A DNA stretch of 56,588 nucleotides, taken from Candidatus Micrarchaeota archaeon (lineage in GTDB: Archaea; Micrarchaeota; Micrarchaeia; Anstonellales; Bilamarchaeaceae). The stretch lies in NCBI GenBank assembly GCA_014727925.1, contig WJMN01000054.1, forward strand, positions 1 through 56,588. Direction: 5' to 3'. The translations under genes were made by a program, and so were the position numbers. Shown here in pieces: positions 53,425-56,588 of the stretch (its first letter is position 1; each line of letters opens with the position of its first letter). A model generated the notes under the pieces. The model saw nothing but the letters and a program-made list of their open reading frames with translations, had not been told where the DNA came from and ran no database searches.

Positions 53425-54885
53425 ATGGATAAGAATTTCCTATATCCGATTTTGTCTATAGTGCTTGTGATCCTCCTTGCAGGGGCAATCTATTACCTTG
53501 CCGATGTTTTTGGAGGAACAGGGACCCACGAGGGAGAGCACCATGGTGAAGAAGGGGAAGAGCATGGCGAAGAGGGACAAGAGGACCCCCCAGAAGAGAT
53601 AGAAGCTCTTTTCTTCGGCTCCATGGAGAAGCCCCTCCAGCACGACACTTACACATATGCATATGAGGAAACCGCTTCCAATGGCTACACAAACACAGTG
53701 TTTCTTACAGAAGGCGATAATTACTCATACGTGAAAAAGAGGGACGCCATATTCACCCGCGAGCTTTTTATCAGAGGAGAGGAAAAAATCCTCTGCCTTG
53801 AAACAGTGAACCGCAGAGTATGCACAAACGTAGGGCAGAACTCCACATTCAATCCCTATACATATGCCCTCTCCAGCTTGTTGTTTGATGAGGGCAAGAT
53901 AAACGCGAACATGGAGAAGAATGAGATGTTCATAGAGTATGGGGCAATAACCTTTGACCCCAATATACACGAGAAAATCTATGACGGTAGAAACTGCACA
54001 GAGATAAAATACACTCTTGATTATTCCAAGCTTACCCTAGAGCAGCTCCATTCAGTAGGCATAGATCCCGAATCTCCCCAGGTGCTGCTCTCCAAGGAAT
54101 ACAACTTTACTGTGTGCGCGAAACCGGATAATTACGAAGTGGTCCGCCGCTCCCTGGATTATATGAACTTTGGGGAGCCTGCTTCAACTGTTTCACTTAC
54201 TACCCAGATTGCCTGGGACGAACCCACCCAGGTGGAGTTCCCTGAGGGACTTGACGAAGAGATGGAAATGGAGGATTTCTATTTCATGCTCAAGAAGAGC
54301 CAGGAACATTATGCAGAATGCCTTGTTTCCGATGACTTTGATTCTTGCATCAGGGCCGAGGCAATCTGGTCCCAGAATGAGCGCCTCTGCGAGCTGATAA
54401 GCAACCAGACGGTTAAGGACACCTGCTACCTGAATGTGGCCCTTGAGAAAGGGACTCCGGGCCTGTGCACTGAAGTTTCTGCTGAGCTTCTTTCCACTTG
54501 TTATATGGAGTTTGCCTGGAAATACATGGACACTACGTATTGTATGCAGATTGAAGACCAGGATGAGATGCAGGAGTGCATAGACCTGGTGACCCAGGCC
54601 AACCAGACAGCGGCAAACCAGACTGCTGAAGAAGATGAGGGAGAAACAGGGGAGGAAGAGCCGCCCCCGGAAGAAGAAACAGAGTGCCAGTATGATTCCG
54701 ACTGCATAGTTGCAGGATGCTCCTCTCAACTCTGCGTTCCGCTTTCAATGGCAGATGTTGTTACTACCTGCGAGTATTTGCCAGAATATGATTGCCTCCA
54801 ATATACAATCTGCGGATGCCACGAGGGCGCTTGCGGCTGGGAAGAAAACCAAGAATACTTAAATTGTATGGAAGAAAAAGGTTAA
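53425..54885 (+). CDS. Membrane-anchored Cys-rich surface protein with C-terminal eight-cysteine-cluster-like domain
   Basis: N-terminal TM; His/Glu-rich linker; C....D.C...A repeats; CQYDSDCIVAGCSSQLC...TTCEY....CLQ...CGCHEGACGW. Confidence 0.75.
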   Translation: MDKNFLYPILSIVLVILLAGAIYYLADVFGGTGTHEGEHHGEEGEEHGEEGQEDPPEEIEALFFGSMEKPLQHDTYTYAYEETASNGYTNTVFLTEGDNYSYVKKRDAIFTRELFIRGEEKILCLETVNRRVCTNVGQNSTFNPYTYALSSLLFDEGKINANMEKNEMFIEYGAITFDPNIHEKIYDGRNCTEIKYTLDYSKLTLEQLHSVGIDPESPQVLLSKEYNFTVCAKPDNYEVVRRSLDYMNFGEPASTVSLTTQIAWDEPTQVEFPEGLDEEMEMEDFYFMLKKSQEHYAECLVSDDFDSCIRAEAIWSQNERLCELISNQTVKDTCYLNVALEKGTPGLCTEVSAELLSTCYMEFAWKYMDTTYCMQIEDQDEMQECIDLVTQANQTAANQTAEEDEGETGEEEPPPEEETECQYDSDCIVAGCSSQLCVPLSMADVVTTCEYLPEYDCLQYTICGCHEGACGWEENQEYLNCMEEKG

Positions 54886-54896
54886 ACGGTGGTTTT

Positions 54897-55283
54897 TTGA
54901 TTGTTGGAAACAGAGTAACTAAGATAGAAGCTGCAAGAGAGAAGCAGGAGCCCCGCAAGGGACTGAACTTCAAGATAAACGTAAAGGACGCAAATGTAAA
55001 GGCAAAGAAAGTGGAAATCTCTTATGAATATACTGCTGACTACACTGAGGACGTTGGCCACATAAAGATGGAAGGGACAATAATTGCAGAAGAGGAAGAA
55101 GAGCTCCTTGGGAAGATAAAGAAGGAGTGGGCAGACAAGCAGAGGCTTCCGGAGGGGTATGCAGAAGTAATCCTGAATGCAATAAATTATTTCTGTGGGG
55201 TAAACGGAGTCCTTGCTGCAAGGATTGTCAATCTTTCCCCGCCAATTGTCCCCCCAAGGTTCAGCCTTTCTAAGAAAGAGTAG
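54897..55283 (+). CDS. Conserved archaeal protein with SecB-like fold (inferred)
   Basis: TTG start after GGTGG; MIVGNRVTKIEA, YEYTADY, GHIKMEGTI, ILNAI...C, NLSPPI.PP pattern. Confidence 0.6.
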   Translation: MIVGNRVTKIEAAREKQEPRKGLNFKINVKDANVKAKKVEISYEYTADYTEDVGHIKMEGTIIAEEEEELLGKIKKEWADKQRLPEGYAEVILNAINYFCGVNGVLAARIVNLSPPIVPPRFSLSKKE

Positions 55284-56346
55284 CTGCTTCCTTAAGTATT
55301 AAATAAATCCCATAGCTTTTTGGGACATTCCCTTTTTCTCCTTTTTTCATTTTCTCCATGGTTTCCCCTGCAAATTCCTGGTCCGGCAGATCCTGTGCCG
55401 CAATTATCTCCAATTCCCCTTTTGGGAATGCCAGTGCATCATGATAGGGATGGAATTTTTCAGGGTTCTCTAGTTTTTTTGCAGCCAGCCCGGTAGAGCC
55501 GTGAATCGTATTCGGCACACGTATAAGCCGTTTTGTGTCTATTGTAACCCCGGTATCCACATCCACTGTTTTTAGCTTCATTCTGCCAGCAACCCTCCCG
55601 ATTCGCTCCACAATGTCCTTTATCGGTGTTTTGCTCCAGTTTCCATCTTCCATGCAGGAAAGCAGTTTTGCCTTTTCTTCCTCTTTTTTCAACCCCCTGT
55701 GTATAAGCGAGGGCTCCTCTTCAACCACCTTTTCCACAATCCTGCAGAGCCTGCCTTTGTATCCCCAGTCTCTTTTTTTGGGCCCGCCCAGCCTGTACCT
55801 GTCAATCTTGCTGAAGAACTTCCTGTAATCCAATCCTGCCCCTGCAACGTAATCTGCTATTTCCCTCCTTTCCTTCCCACCCATATCCATGAATTTTTTT
55901 GCATTTGCATGGATGTGGAATCCCCTGCTTCCTGAAAAGACCAGCAACATATCCTTCCTGCTCACTCCAAAATCCTTTTCAAGGAACTCCTCCTGCAGGG
56001 CAATTGCATCATTTTTTACGCCTTCTATCTCCTCGTTGCTCAGGAATAGGCCCCCATGCACATCAAGGTCAAAGATGAGGTCTCCCCCCATCCATTCTTT
56101 TCGTTCCATGGGTGTAGATTCCGGAAACTTATAGTATGCAACAGAGTGGGAGATGAACAGCGGAACCTCCTGCTCAAGGTAATTGTTAAGTGCCTGGTTG
56201 CTGCCAAATCCCATGTGCCTGGATTCTATCTTCTTCCTGAATCCCCCAACCCCGAATTCTCTCCGCTCAACCCAGGGAACATCTATATCAGTATTCCTGT
56301 AATATTCCCTGAAACTCCTGAGTATTACTTCTTTTTCTTTTTCCAT
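55270..56346 (-). CDS. priS: DNA primase small (catalytic) subunit
   Basis: RREFG, DLIFDLD, FSGSRGFHIH, DTKRLIRVPNTIHGSTG; GAGGTG SD before ATG 56346. Confidence 0.95.
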   Translation of the reverse strand: MEKEKEVILRSFREYYRNTDIDVPWVERREFGVGGFRKKIESRHMGFGSNQALNNYLEQEVPLFISHSVAYYKFPESTPMERKEWMGGDLIFDLDVHGGLFLSNEEIEGVKNDAIALQEEFLEKDFGVSRKDMLLVFSGSRGFHIHANAKKFMDMGGKERREIADYVAGAGLDYRKFFSKIDRYRLGGPKKRDWGYKGRLCRIVEKVVEEEPSLIHRGLKKEEEKAKLLSCMEDGNWSKTPIKDIVERIGRVAGRMKLKTVDVDTGVTIDTKRLIRVPNTIHGSTGLAAKKLENPEKFHPYHDALAFPKGELEIIAAQDLPDQEFAGETMEKMKKGEKGNVPKSYGIYLILKEAATLS

Positions 56347-56588
56347 TGTTTCCACCTCAGGGGGTTTCCTATTTTGCAGTCCGCAACACACAGCCCATAG
56401 CTCAGCAACATGCCGCATGAGGGGACAGTATATCCCCTCTCCACCGCATGCTTTATCTGGTAGCTGGCAACCCGTTCATCATAATCAGGGAAATTTGAGA
56501 ATATCTGCAGTATTTTTTCATACGCCACCCCCTTGTTTATCAGGTAAACAGCCAAGGTCCATCTGCCCTGATGGCCAAGGTTCTCATG
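56325..56588 (-). CDS. priL: DNA primase large subunit, C-terminal Fe-S domain; truncated by window edge
   Basis: NLGHQGRWTLAVYL, FSNFPDYDER...YQIKH, YTVPSC..LLSYGLC..C...NPL. Confidence 0.9.
   Translation of the reverse strand, partial: HENLGHQGRWTLAVYLINKGVAYEKILQIFSNFPDYDERVASYQIKHAVERGYTVPSCGMLLSYGLCVADCKIGNPLRWKQWKKKKK

Noticed and set aside
56325-56346. Fused or frameshifted PriL-PriS primase
   Set aside because: The genes overlap by 22 nt in different frames and priS has its own SD and ATG; this is the ordinary two-gene arrangement.

Overview
Gene-dense archaeal chromosomal segment with many overlapping stop/start codons. The gene set is archaeal (TFE, fibrillarin, PCNA, RadA, thermosome, PriS/PriL, Nre, Hef-like helicase, RNase P RNA, tRNA-Phe). 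Compact, divergent proteins plus separate priS and priL genes point to DPANN cluster 1, most likely Micrarchaeota; this is inference, no phylogeny was run. It carries purine (purF, purL, purQ, purD), pyrimidine (pyrD, pyrK) and PLP (pdxS, pdxT) genes, ADP-forming acetyl-CoA synthetase and several large surface proteins. No integrase, transposase, relaxase or CRISPR array was seen. Best leads: (1) a five-gene VirB2/VirB6/VirB3-VirB4N/VirB4-ATPase/winged-helix cluster at 21208-25314 that resembles a Ced/Ted or minimal T4SS contact-transfer apparatus with no mobility genes; (2) the perfect 16-bp palindrome TGTAACCATGGTTACA, present three times: upstream of purF, upstream of purL, and between TATA and start codon of a solo Cas2-like gene; (3) a full-length glutamine synthetase homolog that has lost most catalytic residues; (4) a box C/D sRNA 33 nt downstream of tRNA-Phe; (5) TFE with a ~250-aa histone-H1-like extension, plus a second Lys-repeat protein; (6) a type-M-like RNase P RNA with a large insertion; (7) a DUF736-like gene coupled to radA. 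All family calls come from motif recognition by eye, not database searches. Several starts were moved relative to the ORF track using SD/TATA context.
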